A DNA stretch of 64,000 bases from Octopus bimaculoides (taxonomy: Eukaryota): NCBI RefSeq assembly GCF_001194135.2, contig NC_068983.1, positions 103,267,181 through 103,331,180 on the forward strand, written 5' to 3'. A program made the translations under genes and the position numbers. The notes beneath the pieces were generated by a model. It was not told the origin of the DNA. It did no database searches and saw nothing but the letters and a program-made list of their open reading frames with translations. Numbering within the stretch: the stretch's first letter is position 1; each line of letters starts with the position of its first letter. Shown one piece after another: positions 1 to 12,894 of the stretch.

Positions 1-1614
1 GTAGAAGTAGCAGTAGTGGTAGTAATAGTAGTAAATAAAAATTTCAATGACATAAATATTACAATGTTTTTGTTTTTGTTAACTATTGTGAAAAACACTA
101 TCAAAGCAATCTTATAGTGAACAAGATTACACAATGCTGACCAAATCATTACAAAATTAAATATTTAGTAAGGTTTTCTTTTTGCTTATATTTTTTATTC
201 ATTTATTTTCTTCTTAAATTCTTCTCCTATCAAACCCAAAGACAGCTGTTTGAAGTTACTTCAATATTACATAGAGGAAAGAGTTTTGGACATGTCAGTC
301 TGGTCAAAAAAAGCCTAGCAATTAATCAAACAGATTATTATCTATCAAGCCAGTACAAAATGGCCGCCATTCTTGTAATACTAGTGATCTATCTGCTTCA
401 GAATGTAGCAATGGGGAAAAAGGAGGGAATATGTTAAAAATAATGAATGAAAGAAGAAAGAAAATATCTAAATTCTTATTAATATCATCATCATCATCTT
501 TACTTTTATTGGATGAAATATGGAGGAAAATTGTAATTGAAGGCAGAGCTAAGGAGGAAAAAAAAAACAAAAACGAAATGGAGGGAGAGGGAGAAAGAAA
601 AAAGAAGCAGAGAGCTAGGAAAGATTGAACTAGAAGAAAAAAATATAAAAAATATTGGAATAAGATTGATAAAAATGAAAGATAGAAAAACCAAGTTAGA
701 CAATATAAAGATAAATTGTGAATGAAAATAAGAAAATTGAGAAAAGATATTGAACAGTTTAAAATCTATTGTGGTATAAAAGGAAGAAAATAGCAGAGAT
801 TTAATAGAATTGGAGATGTAGGAACGGAGAGATATGAGTGAATTGAACAAACAGAGGTAAGGAGGGATGTGAGATAGAAGGAGGAATATTGGAGAGCAGG
901 AGAAAATCATGAAAAAATAATTGAGAATAAATTGAAAAGCATGAGAAAGAAAGATGATGCGGGGAGAGAGAAAAAGTATGTATATATTTGTGCGTGTGTG
1001 TGTGTGTAAAATGGAAGTTGCTATAAGGGTATAAGTGGATATTTTATCCGTATATTAAAAGGAGACCAAAAAGAAACATCTGCGATGCAAAGTGCATTCT
1101 TTCACACCTAAAACACAATATAAATTGTTCAATGCTTTTCAGAATTACAATATTATATTTAACAATTATTTAATTAGTCACAATATATTTGCAGTTATAT
1201 TTAAGAGCAGTTCTCTAATGGTGGCTGAGTGTCAGGGACAGTACAACACTAGACTGCCTTGTAGTATTTAGTTTTGTCCCTTTATACTGGGAGTTCAAAT
1301 ACTGCTTGACTTTAATTCTTATGCAGTCATGTCTTTGGATTGATGCTAAATGATTAAGTTTGCAGTCTTCTACAAATGTAAGAAATATTTATTAAAACAT
1401 ATCTCAATTACTTTGGTCCAATAACTACATCGCCACTTTCTTTTTTTAATGTGTATAAAAATTGTATTCATTATACAGTATGTAAAGTCACAATGACCAA
1501 GTTAGTTTCAGTCGCATAACTGGTTCTGGGATCTGACTTAAACAAAAAACTGAGCTCTTGTTACTGCATTTACTCTGCTACAAGGAAGATATTGTGTGTG
1601 TGTGTGAGAGGGGG

Positions 1615-1646
<32 letters not shown>

Positions 1647-2409
1647 TTTCATATGTGACTATAGTAAAATAGATCAAACACTTTTCTTCCTTTACACTGA
1701 TGAGTTGCTTGTTTCCCCCTCTAACCACACACGCAAACATTCCAATTCCAAACCAGATGATGGAATCTCCACCTACCAAAACCTTCAGTGCGTAGGTTTC
1801 ATTCACACTAACCTTGAACACCATCTACCAAGTATGTAAAATATAACGTCCACAAAACAGAAATTTAAAAAATGTCTTCCAAGGAGAAACACAACTCTTG
1901 TTATCATTCACCAGCATCAAGTTAAATACTACACATACCAAGTAAATGTGTACACAACAGAACATGTTCACTACTCATTAATAATATATAACTGAAATAT
2001 CTACTTGCCCAACAAATGCTTGGCCTTATGATCAGCAATGTTTTCTCTCTTCTCATATTAGTAACATTCAATTCAGAGGTTAATTTTCATTTTGAGAGTC
2101 GGAAAATATTTCACTCCTGAACAAGAGCTAGCTCAGCATTACCTCAACATTCACAAAGGTACAACTTGTAATTCATCATCATCATGGTTTTTCCATGCTT
2201 GCATGAGATGAACAGAATATGTTGAAGTGAGTTTTCTACAGTTGGATGCTCTTCCTGCCACTGACCCTCACTTCTTTCATGCAAAGTAATATTTCCCCAT
2301 GACCAGACATGTTTCCATGGAAGACTGGAAATGAAAGACACTACTTGCTTGACAGTGACACTCGTTTACAACTACCATGCGATGTCAAGACAAGGAGATA
2401 GTAAAAGAT

Positions 2410-2464
<55 letters not shown>

Positions 2465-4439
2465 CAAAAGGTTTCTTTCAGGTTTCATCAACCAAATCCA
2501 CTCACAAGGTTACAGCACTTGTCTAAGGTGCCATGCAGTGGGATTGACCCCAGAATCATGTGGATGTGAAGCGAACTTCTTACCTCACAACCATACCTAC
2601 ACCTATGGGACTATCTGCTTTGATCATCAAAATACTACAACTACTAACTCAGTGCAACACTATCTTCTATTCTTTCCGGATATCTGAATGTATACCACAA
2701 AAAAGTGCCCCAGTACATGATTCTGACTAACTGTCACACATGATATAAGAAAGCTAAAAAAATGACATAAGAGCTGAAGACACATGAGTGAAAGATAGAA
2801 GTTATGAAAGGAAGGATTATGTAACTGACTGAATTATGATCAATTTAGCAATATTCTTTGATGTTGCTGCTCCTGTTCTAGCCGCCGATGCTGCCTAAGA
2901 ATTTGCCATTTCATCGCAAAATATTTTAATTCTTAAACACAAGTGAAATTTTGAAGAATTTCACAAAATAAATGAAAGGAGAAAAAAGAAAGAAAGAAAA
3001 CTAAGCACAAAGGTTAGGCTTAAGAATAGAATTACAGTTAAAACAGCAATGAAAAATAAAAGTATACAAAGAAAATAAACATACAGATGTGAATACTGTT
3101 TGGGGAATAATTGAAGAAAGAAAAATGCTGAAGAGCAGCTGGTGGCACCCATTGGTAAATTCATTGACTGACAATTTCAAAGACAGCAAAAAGAATGGTT
3201 AAGAAAAATGTGTGTGTGTGTGTGTGTTTGTGGGGGAGGGAGGAGTAGTATGCTAACTTTTTGTCCTATTTGAAGGATAATAGTGTAAGGTCTTGACTAA
3301 CATATGTTGTGCAAGTCACATGATTTATCTGATGCTAAAGAGAGAGAGAGAGAGAGCGAGCGAGTGAGCACAATGTTGTGTTAACATGGCATTCCTTGGT
3401 GGTTCATGGAACACTTGCTAAAGGTATGTTAATGTAGGACAACTTACTTCATAGTCAACACTCAGAAAGAATTATAAAGTAAGAGTAATTAATAGTATTG
3501 TGGGGATGGGATGGAGTGGGGACGAGGGTGAGTGTTTGTGGAGTCAGCGACTTGAGAGAAATTAATTTTAGAAACCAAGCAGATATCATAGCCAGCATCA
3601 AAATACAGATATGTACAGAACTCTGCACACATACAACCTACCTACACACAAACACACACAGCATTAAAAGAACCTCAATGCAGTGACTAGAATTTTTAGA
3701 AAAGTGTAGCTAAATCTCCTCAAATCACATTCTGCTACCTTAGATTAAATGATAACATCCAAAAAGAAGGACACATTGGATAATGTACCCTTGGAAGCAC
3801 TATGTTTGTGCTGTGGGTGAGATGATGGAACTGACACAATTGGGAAGTCATTGATCATAGACCTGAGGCTAAACAAGAAAAATATAAAGAATTTGTACTC
3901 CTTGCCTTACACACGCACAGAAAACATTTCTAAAATTGTTCTAATACTATACATATCTTTGTTGCTTGAATAAATGCACATAAGTAAGAAAGCCAAGGTA
4001 CGAATAAAATATGAGTTTCAAACAAATAAATTAATTCTGCAATTCTATAATACCAAGTACTCTTTGCTTGTTAGTAGATCCAAACACACATACACACACG
4101 CACGTGTCTTTTACTATAGCCCTGGGCCAACCAATGCCTTGTGAATAAATTTGATAGACGGGGTGTGTGTGGAAGTCTTTTATGTGTGTGTGTATGCATG
4201 CACCTTTGTGCTTGTATTTGTCCTTCCATCACTTGTAAACTGGTGTTGGTTTGTTTATGGTCCTGTAACTTAGCAGTTTGGCAAAAGAGATTGGACAGAA
4301 TAAGTACCAGACATAAAAATAAGACCGGGGCCAATTTGTTCAACTAAAACTCTTCAAAGCAGTGCCCAAGCATGGCCGTAGTCTAATGACTGAAACAAGT
4401 AAAAGATATGATAGATAGGCATGTATGTATGTATGTATA

Positions 4440-4905
4440 TTTCATCATCATTGTTTAACATCAGTTTTTCATGCTGGCCACTCTGAGAGCTGTCAAGTCT
4501 CCAATTGTCTGTTGTGATATGGTTTCTACAGCTGGATGCCTTTTCTAACACCAATCACTCTACAGAATGAGCTGGAGGTCTTTCACGTGTTACTGGCATG
4601 GGTGCATCTATGCAACACTGGCACAAATGTATTTCATGTGGTACCGGCATCTGCAAAGGATGAGCCTGTAGGTATGGATGACAGCGATTTTCCTGAGGAT
4701 TGACACATCTTTTCAAGTACAGCACATAACATCTCCCTGTGCCTTGCCATTTCCTCAGTGAGGCCTAGTGACCAAAGACCCTTTTTCTCACCACTTCGTC
4801 CCAAGTCTCCCTGGGTATACCCCTTCCACAGCCAGAGCTTAGCATTTCTTTATGCAGCTGTCCATATCCACACCGACCACATAACCAAACCAGCACAGTC
4901 TTCTC
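4440..4905 (-). mobile_element. 3' end of an RTE-clade LINE (ORF C-terminus, 3'UTR and (GAT)n tail), 5'-truncated and degenerate
   Basis: The minus strand reads RLCWFGYVVGVDMDSCIKKC*ALAVEG...TWDEVV...LGLTEEM..., matching the RTE post-RT motif (RLRWYGHV...GRPRKTW). It is followed by the conserved 3'UTR (ttagaaaaggcatccagctgtagaaacc) and a gatgatg tail at 4441-4450. Confidence 0.75.
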
Positions 4906-5692
4906 TCTCTCTCTCTACACACACACACATTATTCATTTAACCTAAATCCATAGCCTAAAGGAGTTGTAGATGCACAACAGTGTGTATTTCGATAGGCAG
5001 CTGAACTGGTGGTGCGGATCTCCTCTCCAGATTTTGTTTTTAATCCTGTGAAGTACTCCTCCCCATATAAACTGGATAGGTGTGGTGATTTAGTTGCTAA
5101 TCATTTGGCCACAATGTACACATACATACACATACCTACATATGTATGTACACAATGTATACATACATACACACACACGTCATAATGTACGAGTTGTAAA
5201 TTATATTAAAAAAATAGACTTTTTTTTTATTTTACATAGTATAAACATTATCTGCTACTGAACTCAATATGTTGGGCAGCGTGGAGAGAAATGTATGTTT
5301 ATAACATCAAAAACTGACAGCCCAGCCGAAGGCAAAACTCAGAGTAGACTTAACTTTTGATGTAATAAACATACATACATATGCAAACACAAACATACTA
5401 TAAATACAATCGTTAGTCATGTTTTCTCTTCAATATAACATATCTTAATGGAAAACTTGTTACCTATTTACACAGATATATGATATAATTACAGTCCTAG
5501 AAATGAAACAACAACAAAAAAAAAAAAATACATAACTATTAACAAACACGTTTGTGCATGTGTGTGTGGTTTAGGGTTTGTACCTATTGTGCAGATGGTG
5601 TTGGCTAGTGTCTTCTACTACAGCTGCAAGTTAACCAATGCCTTGTGAATGAAATTTGGTAGACAAGAATGGGGAGAAGCCAGTCATGTGTA

Positions 5693-5744
<52 letters not shown>

Positions 5745-6153
5745 AGTATGTATTCTCCATGTTGTGTCCATGTGGATTGTAAACAAAGACTCACCATTCA
5801 CACAAATGGTTTCATTTGTTTGCAATCTTCTGTTAAGAAATACTTGGGCTGCTCCTGGTTTGTTAGACATGGGGAAATGCCCAAACTGTAGAAGAATCTG
5901 CTTCACTAAAATTATGGCCAGATCCATGCCAGCTAGGAAAAGTGGATGTTAAAATGCAATGCTGATGATAACGATGATGATGATGACGACGGTGTGTGTG
6001 TGTGTGTGTGTGTGTTTTCAAGTAGTAGTATGAACAAAGCAAAGAATAAACAATATGTCTAGCTGAGTAATTATACAATTACATTATAATTAAGACTGTC
6101 TACATTTCTATTACTTCAAATTTCTTGCTGAAGAAGCAATCCTTAGGTGATAT

Positions 6154-6614
6154 CTCTTTACTCTTTAACTCTTTTACTTGTTTCAGTCATTTGACTGCGG
6201 CCATGCTGGAGCACCGCCTTTAGTCGAGCAAATCGACCCCAGGACTTATTCTTTGTAAGCCTGGTACTTATGCTATCGGTCGCTTATGCCGAACCGCTAA
6301 GTTACAGAGACGTAAACACACTACCATCGGTTGTCAAGCGATGTTGGGGGGGGACGAACACAGACACACAAACACACACACATATATATATACATATATA
6401 TACGACGGGCTTCTTTCAGTTTCCGTCTACCAAATCCACTCACAAGGCTTTGGTCGGCCCGAGGCTATAGTAGAAGACACTTGCCCAAGNNNNNNNNNNG
6501 GCTTTGGTCGGCCCGAGGCTATAGTAGAAGACACTTGCCCAAGGTGCCACGCAGTGGGACTGAACCCGGAACTATGTGGTTGGTAAGCAAGCTACTTACC
6601 ACACAGCCACTCCT
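6154..6614 (-). mobile_element. tRNA-derived SINE (family A), full length, young
   Basis: Minus-strand head GGAGTGGCTGTGTGGTAAGTAGC...GGGTTCAGTCCCACTGCG (A/B boxes), internal (TA/TG)n microsatellite and (AAGAGTA)n tail; 10-N gap at 6490-6499. Confidence 0.9.
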
Positions 6615-7192
6615 ATCAACAAAAAAAATATTTCTACATCAATATACCATTTAATGGCTGCCTCTTACAAAGATACTTAAAGTAATGGGAAAGTAGTTAA
6701 TTTTTGCTATGGATACACTGAATAATGTAGGGAAAACAAAAGTATGTAAAAATGATGATTATGAGGATGTAAATTTATATAAATATACAGACTAGCTGGC
6801 CGCCTACACTTTTTTCTGCAAAATAGGGGTAGTTTATCCTGTTCAGGCTATATTATTAGCATTATCCTGCGTTTGAGAATTTAAAATCACTTCTGTAACT
6901 TTGTAAGACATCTCAATGCTTCTAAAAGCAAACTTCGTTTATTTGTTTACGTTCATCGTAATTTGAATTTGAAGTATAGTCTATGTCTTTTTGAAACTAT
7001 CTTTAAAAAAATTAGATTAGTTAATTAATCATTCTTTTACTCTTTTACTTGTTTCAGTCATTTGACTGTGGCCATGCTGGAGCACCGCCTTTAGTCATTT
7101 AAAATTAAAATAAAAAATGTTATTCTTTAAAAAATTAATTCATTTGGTAAATGAGCAATAATGTGTATCTATGTAGTTATATATATCATTTG

Positions 7193-7501
7193 TGAAGGCA
7201 CATGGCTTAGTGGTTCGGGTATTCGACTCATGATTGTTAGGTCATGAATTCGATTCCCAGTGGTGCACTGTGCTCTTGAGCAAGACACTTTATTTCAGGT
7301 TGCTAGCAAAAATGGGCTGTACCTGTATTTCAAAGGGCCAGCCTTATCATATTTTGTGTCACGGTTAATCTGCTTGAGAACTATGTTAAGGGTATGCGTG
7401 TCTGTGAAGAGCTAGGCCACTTGCACGTTAATTTCACGAGCAGGCTGTTCTGTTGATTGGATCAACTGGAACCCTCACTGTTGTAACTGATGGAGTTCCA
7501 G
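7193..7501 (+). mobile_element. tRNA-derived SINE (family B)
   Basis: A-box TGGCTTAGTGG and B-box-like GAATTCGATTCC; body and 3' tail homologous to 10061-10388. Confidence 0.85.
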
Positions 7502-8744
7502 TTTTTATTGTTATTATTTTTTAAAATTATATATTGTTCTCATCATTATTTAACATCCATATTCCATGCTGCCATGGGTTGGATGTTTTGACAGGATCTG
7601 ACAAGAGGACTGAATCATACTCCAATGTCTGCTTTGGCATGGTTCCTAAGACTGGATGCCTTTCCTAATGCCAACCACTTTACAATGTATACTGACTGCT
7701 TTTTGTGTCACTGGCACTATTAAGGTCACTCAGTAACTCACAAGACGCCTTAACTGAGTAATGGTGTAGTACTGAAGGAGGCAGCTAGATGCCAGGTGTA
7801 TGATAAAGGGATAAGAACAAGTGTTTTGCAGTAGAGGAAATATATGGCTAAACCGACTGGAGAGAGAGAGGTGGTAGTGATGAGGTGTAAAGCGATACCC
7901 ATAAGGTAGAAGAGGGAGAATATGAGGGGGATAGGGACAGAGAAACAAGAGTGGTAAGTTCTCGACAGGACAGCGTGAGATGTAGATGAATGCAAGGAAT
8001 GGCAAACAGGGGATGAGGTAAAGTCAATGGTGAATATCAGATTGAGGGAAGGTGAATGAAATTGTTATAGGTCACTATATATATATGTGTGTGTGTGTGT
8101 GTTAGGGCTTGTTCCCATTGATTGTACTACAGACACTGTTGACTGATGTTTTTCTTCTACAATAGTCACAAGTGAAATTTGGTAGACAGGAAGTGTTGTG
8201 TGCGCATGTGCATGTATTCCTCTGCATTAATGGTGGATTTTGTAAAATCAAACAACAGAAAACATAGAATCAGAACTAAATGTAAATATGTTCTTGCTTC
8301 TCATAGTTTCCTAAGAACTTTTAAAATAGCATAGAATTAGCTCCAACCATGGAGCATCAAGCTGATGCAGGAAAAATTCTCAGGGATAGCATGCTAACCT
8401 GTAACAAGTAACATTCAAAACCAGTGGACTGACTTCAAACTCAAGATGCCCATACACCTCATCCACTTGGACATTTTAATTCTAAGTCAGAATTAGGTAA
8501 AAACAGAAGATTTGTGCTATGAAGTAATTCCAAACATAAATTAAATCCAGGCTGCTACATCTAATCACTTAGAATCTACTGTGATAGCCTTCACAATAGT
8601 ACCTGTGCCTGCATCTTTCCTCAGAATGAGTTGACCAAACCTGAAACAATGACTTCACAGTATCACCACAAACTGAAGTTAACCATGCCTGGTGATCACA
8701 TAGCAATCATAAACTAGTTATGACTGTATGCACAATGACTAGCT

Positions 8745-9110
8745 AGATTCAAAAATTGACTGTCCACCTAATAATGGTTTACACTATCCCTGTATAGGTT
8801 CTGGTGCAAGGACATGTTCATCTTGTGGATGATGGAGTGTGTGACCGAACCAACGGAAATACTTTTTGCGCAGATGGACTTTGAAGTTTGATACTAAATC
8901 TAAAGCATAAACACAGAGCATTTGGCAATAGTAAGAGTGAGTAAATTGTTCCAGCATTTCTAAGTCTGCCACTCTCATTGGCCATGTCTAACAGCTGCAC
9001 ATGAGAATGGTGTAAAGGAGCACCTAGTGATGCAAGCTTTTGTGGCAACACAATCTCTAACTGAGACCAAAGCTGATTTTGAAGACAACAGCACAGCACA
9101 GTGGTGCATA
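8745..9110 (-). mobile_element. Degenerate RTE-clade LINE ORF fragment (post-RT region)
   Basis: Frameshifted translation LWSQLEIVLPQK / LMCSC*TWPMRVADLEMLEQF...VSNFKVHLRKKYFRWFGHTLHHP...PLLGGQ resembles RTE motifs LLYGCETWP.RV.D / RLRWFGHV / RGGQ. Confidence 0.7.
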
Positions 9111-9674
9111 GTATGACAGTAGTAATGTTAGTGGAAAAGGTTCTAGCCTGGATAGTGATAAATACCGATTGTATATCTTACTATTAAAACTCCAGCCTTC
9201 TTTAGATACAATAATAAGTACAAGGCCACGATGTTTACTCCCTAAACAGATAGCATTGGGTTCAATCCCACTGTGTGGCACTTCTACAATAGTCACAGAT
9301 AACCAAAGCCGTGTGAGATCTGGTGGAAGGAAACTGGAAGAAGCCGATTTTGTGTATCACATAACAGTTGCAAATAAGCACCACCATCATACTGGTGGTG
9401 TCCTTCATTCTCCAGTTTTCCATAAAAACATGTTTGGTCATGGAGAAAATCTACTTCACTTGGGACAGATAAGGGTTGGGTAAGAAGGGTACCTGGTCAT
9501 AGAAAATCTTACTGAATTCCATCTAACTTATGCAAACAAGGAAAAAGTGGATGTTAAAACTGTTATGATGATGGTATAGCCAATTAGAGGAACTAGTATT
9601 TCACTGGTTATAATTTTAGTAGCTTTAATCCTTTAGCATTTAGATTACTTTATATAAAATGTAATACTTATTTA

Positions 9675-10022
9675 TTACCTCCACCTTTGCTAAGGCGGAG
9701 GTATTGTTTTCAGTCATGTTTGTTTGTTTGTCTGTGGACAAGATATCTCAAGAACTGCTGAATGGATTCGGATGAAACTTTCAGGGATGTTTGGCTTCAT
9801 GACTGGTATGAACTGATTAGATTTTGGGATTGATCAGGTACTGGACAAGGACTCTGGATTATTTTTCCTGTTTTTTAACTTAATTTTTGAGAGTAGTCGG
9901 GTTCATTTTTAGTATTCTTGTTTGTGAGAGCAGTCGAGTTTATTTCAGATATTTAAAAAATCATTTCTAGCTAATCGTTGAGAGGACATTGGTAGCAGTT
10001 TGCACTCTCTGAGTGCTCTTGT
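9675..10022 (+). mobile_element. Non-autonomous Helentron-associated element (HINE/DINE-1-like)
   Basis: 5' palindrome ACCTCCACCTT-tgct-AAGGCGGAGGT, then a (GTTT)n/GTCT microsatellite, and a 3' stem-loop GCACTC-tct-GAGTGC just before the end. It is inserted at a TT site of the host MITE with no TSD. Confidence 0.7.
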
Positions 10023-10060
10023 TCACATTGATTTGAATTTATCATACATTATTTTGTAGC

Positions 10061-10388
10061 ATGAAGGTACGTGGCTTAGTGGTTAGGGTATTTGGTTCAC
10101 AATTGTAAGGTTGTGAGTTCAATCCCTGGTGACATGTTGTGTTCTTGAGCAAGATACTTTATTTCATGTTGTTCCAGTTCACTCGACTGGCAAAAATGAG
10201 TAGTACCTGAATTTCAAAGGGCTAGCATTGTCACTTTCTGTGTCATGCTGAATTTCTCTGAGAACTATGTTAAGGGTACACGTGTCTCTGGAGTGCTCAG
10301 TCACTTGCACATTAACTTCACAAACAGGCTGTTCTATCAATTGGATCAACTGGAACCCTTGTTGTTGTAACTGACAGAGTGCCAGTTG
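10061..10388 (+). mobile_element. tRNA-derived SINE (family B), full length, with target-site duplication
   Basis: A-box TGGCTTAGTGG and B-box GAGTTCAATCC; about 8-bp TSD TTTTGTAG at 10052-10059 and 10389-10396; homologous to 7193-7501. Confidence 0.85.
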
Positions 10389-12059
10389 TTTTGTAGTGTT
10401 GTGATTTCTATGATGTGATTGTATATTTTTAGAATGACATTGTAAGGTAAGTGTGAGAAGCCTGATCTGGTCAGTATGAACATAAAACAGGTAGAATATC
10501 TGGGCCGGATAAGGCTGATTAGAATACCACAGGGTTAAAGGAAGAAAAGGAAAAGCTTAGCCAGGAAGTTTTTGCACTCAGAGCACAAAGCAACTTAGAT
10601 ATCACTGTAAGACAAGGTCTTGTTACTGATTTTGTCACTTAATTGCAGCAGCAACAACTTCTTCTATTGGAATAAAGTCACACTTTAATTCAGAGCAAGG
10701 GTACAGTTGACATGAACTGATTGCTGGCCATTCCTCTCTTCCCTACCTTGTATTTCTTGTGTCTACAATATCAATTTTACAAAATGGAATGCTAAGTAGA
10801 ATTGACTGGGATTTGAACTCACAATGCGAAGGGGCTCAACTATTTTGATCTATGTGTTTTGGCATTCTAGTGTTTTTTGCCACTCAACTTGCATTCCTTA
10901 GCACAACAACAACAAAAATGGCAACAATGAAATTTTAATCCAAAATGTAATGAATCAGATTAGAAAATGTCAGTTCAGTTAATGTATAAAATTACGGATT
11001 AAGATGTAAATGGTCAAAAGTACAGTGAGGTGGCAGGAAGAATTAGGGGAGAAAGATACAGGGAAAAGAGGTGGAGGCAAGAGAAAGGGAGAGAGAAAAG
11101 GAAGAAAAAGTGAGAGGAAAACTACTTTGGTATAAAGTGATATGATACAAAAACAATTAACTGTAAATAAAAGATAAATGGGAAAAACCAAGAGAGATTA
11201 TAAAAATAAGTTTTTATGGACCTAGGCATCTACTGAAAGATAGATGGCTTGAGACCTGTCATTCAGCTTGTTACTCTTTTCTGCCTCAAGTTTGTGTTTA
11301 TAAAGTTTAATAGCACACACACACACACAGCACATACTTTCACTACTTTCAGTCACTGAACTGAGGCTAAGCTGGGTTACTTACTGCCTACTATACTATA
11401 GTCAGTTAAATCAACTTCAGCACTTATTTTATCACTTGGTGTTTACTTTATCAACCCCAGAAGGATGAAAAGCAAAGTGGGATGGAGTTGGACTTGAACT
11501 GAGAACATAAAGCAACAAAACCAAGCATAACAAGGTGCTTTATCCAACAGCCTGCTAATTCTGGTAATTCACCTGATGGCACCATGTTATATAGCACCTG
11601 TGCCTGTGCCAAGTAAAAAACCATCCAGCCATAGAATCCAAGCCAAATCAGACCCGAAGCTGGTGCAGCTCTCCTGCTTACCAGCTCTGGTCAAACCTTT
11701 CAACCTATGCCAGCATGGAAAGTAGATGTTAAATGATGATGATGATATATATGTGAAATTATCCATCCTCTCCTTTCCTCCTGATTCACCACTGTTTATA
11801 TTCTCCTTTATATTCATCTTGTTGTACCTGGAGAGTAATATCTGGCACCTAGTTACCAATATCTTTACCTCCCTTCACTTACCTTTACATAAATACAAGG
11901 TATCCACGTGTCACCTCTATAGCAAAACACCTGTGCTTGTCTCTCTATCATACTTTAGCCTTCAACACCATTCCTAGCCTAAATCTACTTTATCCTCCTT
12001 TAAATACACTTCAACTCAATCAAAGGGGCTTTTCCCTTTTCCTTTCTTTTCATACCAGT

Positions 12060-12218
12060 GTCATGGAAAAAGCACCTGGTACACACTGTAAAATGGTAGG
12101 CATTAGGAAGAGTACCCAGCTACAAAAACCATGTGGGACCTGATGTTGCTGGTCAGATCCTGCCAAACTGTCCAACCCATGCTTACATAGAAAACAGACA
12201 TTAAATGACGATGATGAT
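12060..12218 (+). mobile_element. Older RTE 3'UTR repeat (family C-related), tail-to-tail with the 12268 copy
   Basis: ggtaggcattaggaagagtacccagctacaaaaacc...tgtccaacccatgc...ttaaatgacgatgatgat. Confidence 0.8.
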
Positions 12219-12267
12219 CTATAGTATTAGTGTCACAATACCTATTTAAATAAAAATGCATCATAAA

Positions 12268-12660
12268 TCATCATCATCATCATTTAACGTCTGCTTTCCA
12301 TGCTAGCATGGGTTGGACAGTTTGGCAGGATCTGACCAGCAACATCAGGACTGAGGACTGGCGAACCAGATGGCTGCACTAGGCTCCAATCTGATCTAGC
12401 AGAGTTTCTACAGCTGGATGCCCTTCCTAACGCTAACCACTCCGAGAGTGCAGTGGGTGCTTTAACGTGTCACCAGCACGAGGGCCAGTCAGGCGGTACT
12501 GGCAACGGCCACGCTCAAAATGGTGTATTTTATGTGCCACCTGCACAGGAGTCAGTCCAGCGGCACTGGCAACAACCTCACTCGAATGTTTTGTTCACAT
12601 GCCACCGGCACAAGTGCCAGTAAGGCGACGCTGGTAATGATCACGCTCAAATGGTGCCAC
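12268..12660 (-). mobile_element. RTE LINE 3'UTR-derived repeat (family C) with internal ~70-bp imperfect tandem units and a (GAT)n tail
   Basis: Conserved motif (plus strand) gagtttctacagctggatgcccttcctaacg and three gtgccacc...ctggcaac...cacgctcaaa units; near-identical to 31248-31510. Confidence 0.85.
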
Positions 12661-12680
12661 TATCATATTTACTTGTGTTT

Positions 12681-12894
12681 AAGGTGGCAAGCTGGCAGAA
12701 TCATTAGCATGCCAAATGAAATGTTGAGCGGCATTTCATCTGTTTTCATGTACTGACTTCAAATTCCGCCAAGGTCGACTTTGTCTTTCATCTTTACAGG
12801 GTTGCTAAAATAAGTACCAGTTGAACACTGTGATTGATGTAATCAACTTATCCCTTCCTCTGAAACTGCTGGCCTTCTGCCAAAATTATAAACC
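12681..12894 (+). mobile_element. SINE family D (aaggYggYgagctggcagaa head, gagttcaaattc B-box)
   Basis: Homologous to 30261-30476 and many other copies; central motif gtcgactttgYctttcatc...aaaataagtaccag. Confidence 0.8.

Larger units (their letters stand above)
9625..10538 (+). mobile_element. piggyBac-like MITE (TTAA-CCCT...AGGG-TTAA family) interrupted by two nested insertions
   Basis: Left end TTAAtcctttagcatt at 9625 and right end agggTTAA at 10531-10538. After removing 9675-10022 and 10061-10388, the internal sequence is collinear with the copies at 35807 and 54075. Confidence 0.75.

Noticed and set aside
322-960. Overlapping ORFs rich in K/E/R or F/L/S
   Set aside because: They come from a purine-rich low-complexity tract, with no domain and no splice context. 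The same applies to the ORFs at 17423-17964.
6450-6542. Apparent tandem duplication inside the family A SINE
   Set aside because: Identical sequence lies on both sides of a 10-N gap, typical of unmerged overlapping contig ends.
6560-6614. tRNA-like A/B-box sequences (also at 7193, 10061, 41044 and 42898)
   Set aside because: They are SINE heads followed by SINE bodies, with no complete cloverleaf, so they are not called as tRNA genes.
12490-12660. Repeats with spacers that superficially resemble a CRISPR array
   Set aside because: They are imperfect internal units of an RTE 3'UTR repeat also present at 31430-31510, in a eukaryotic context with no cas genes.
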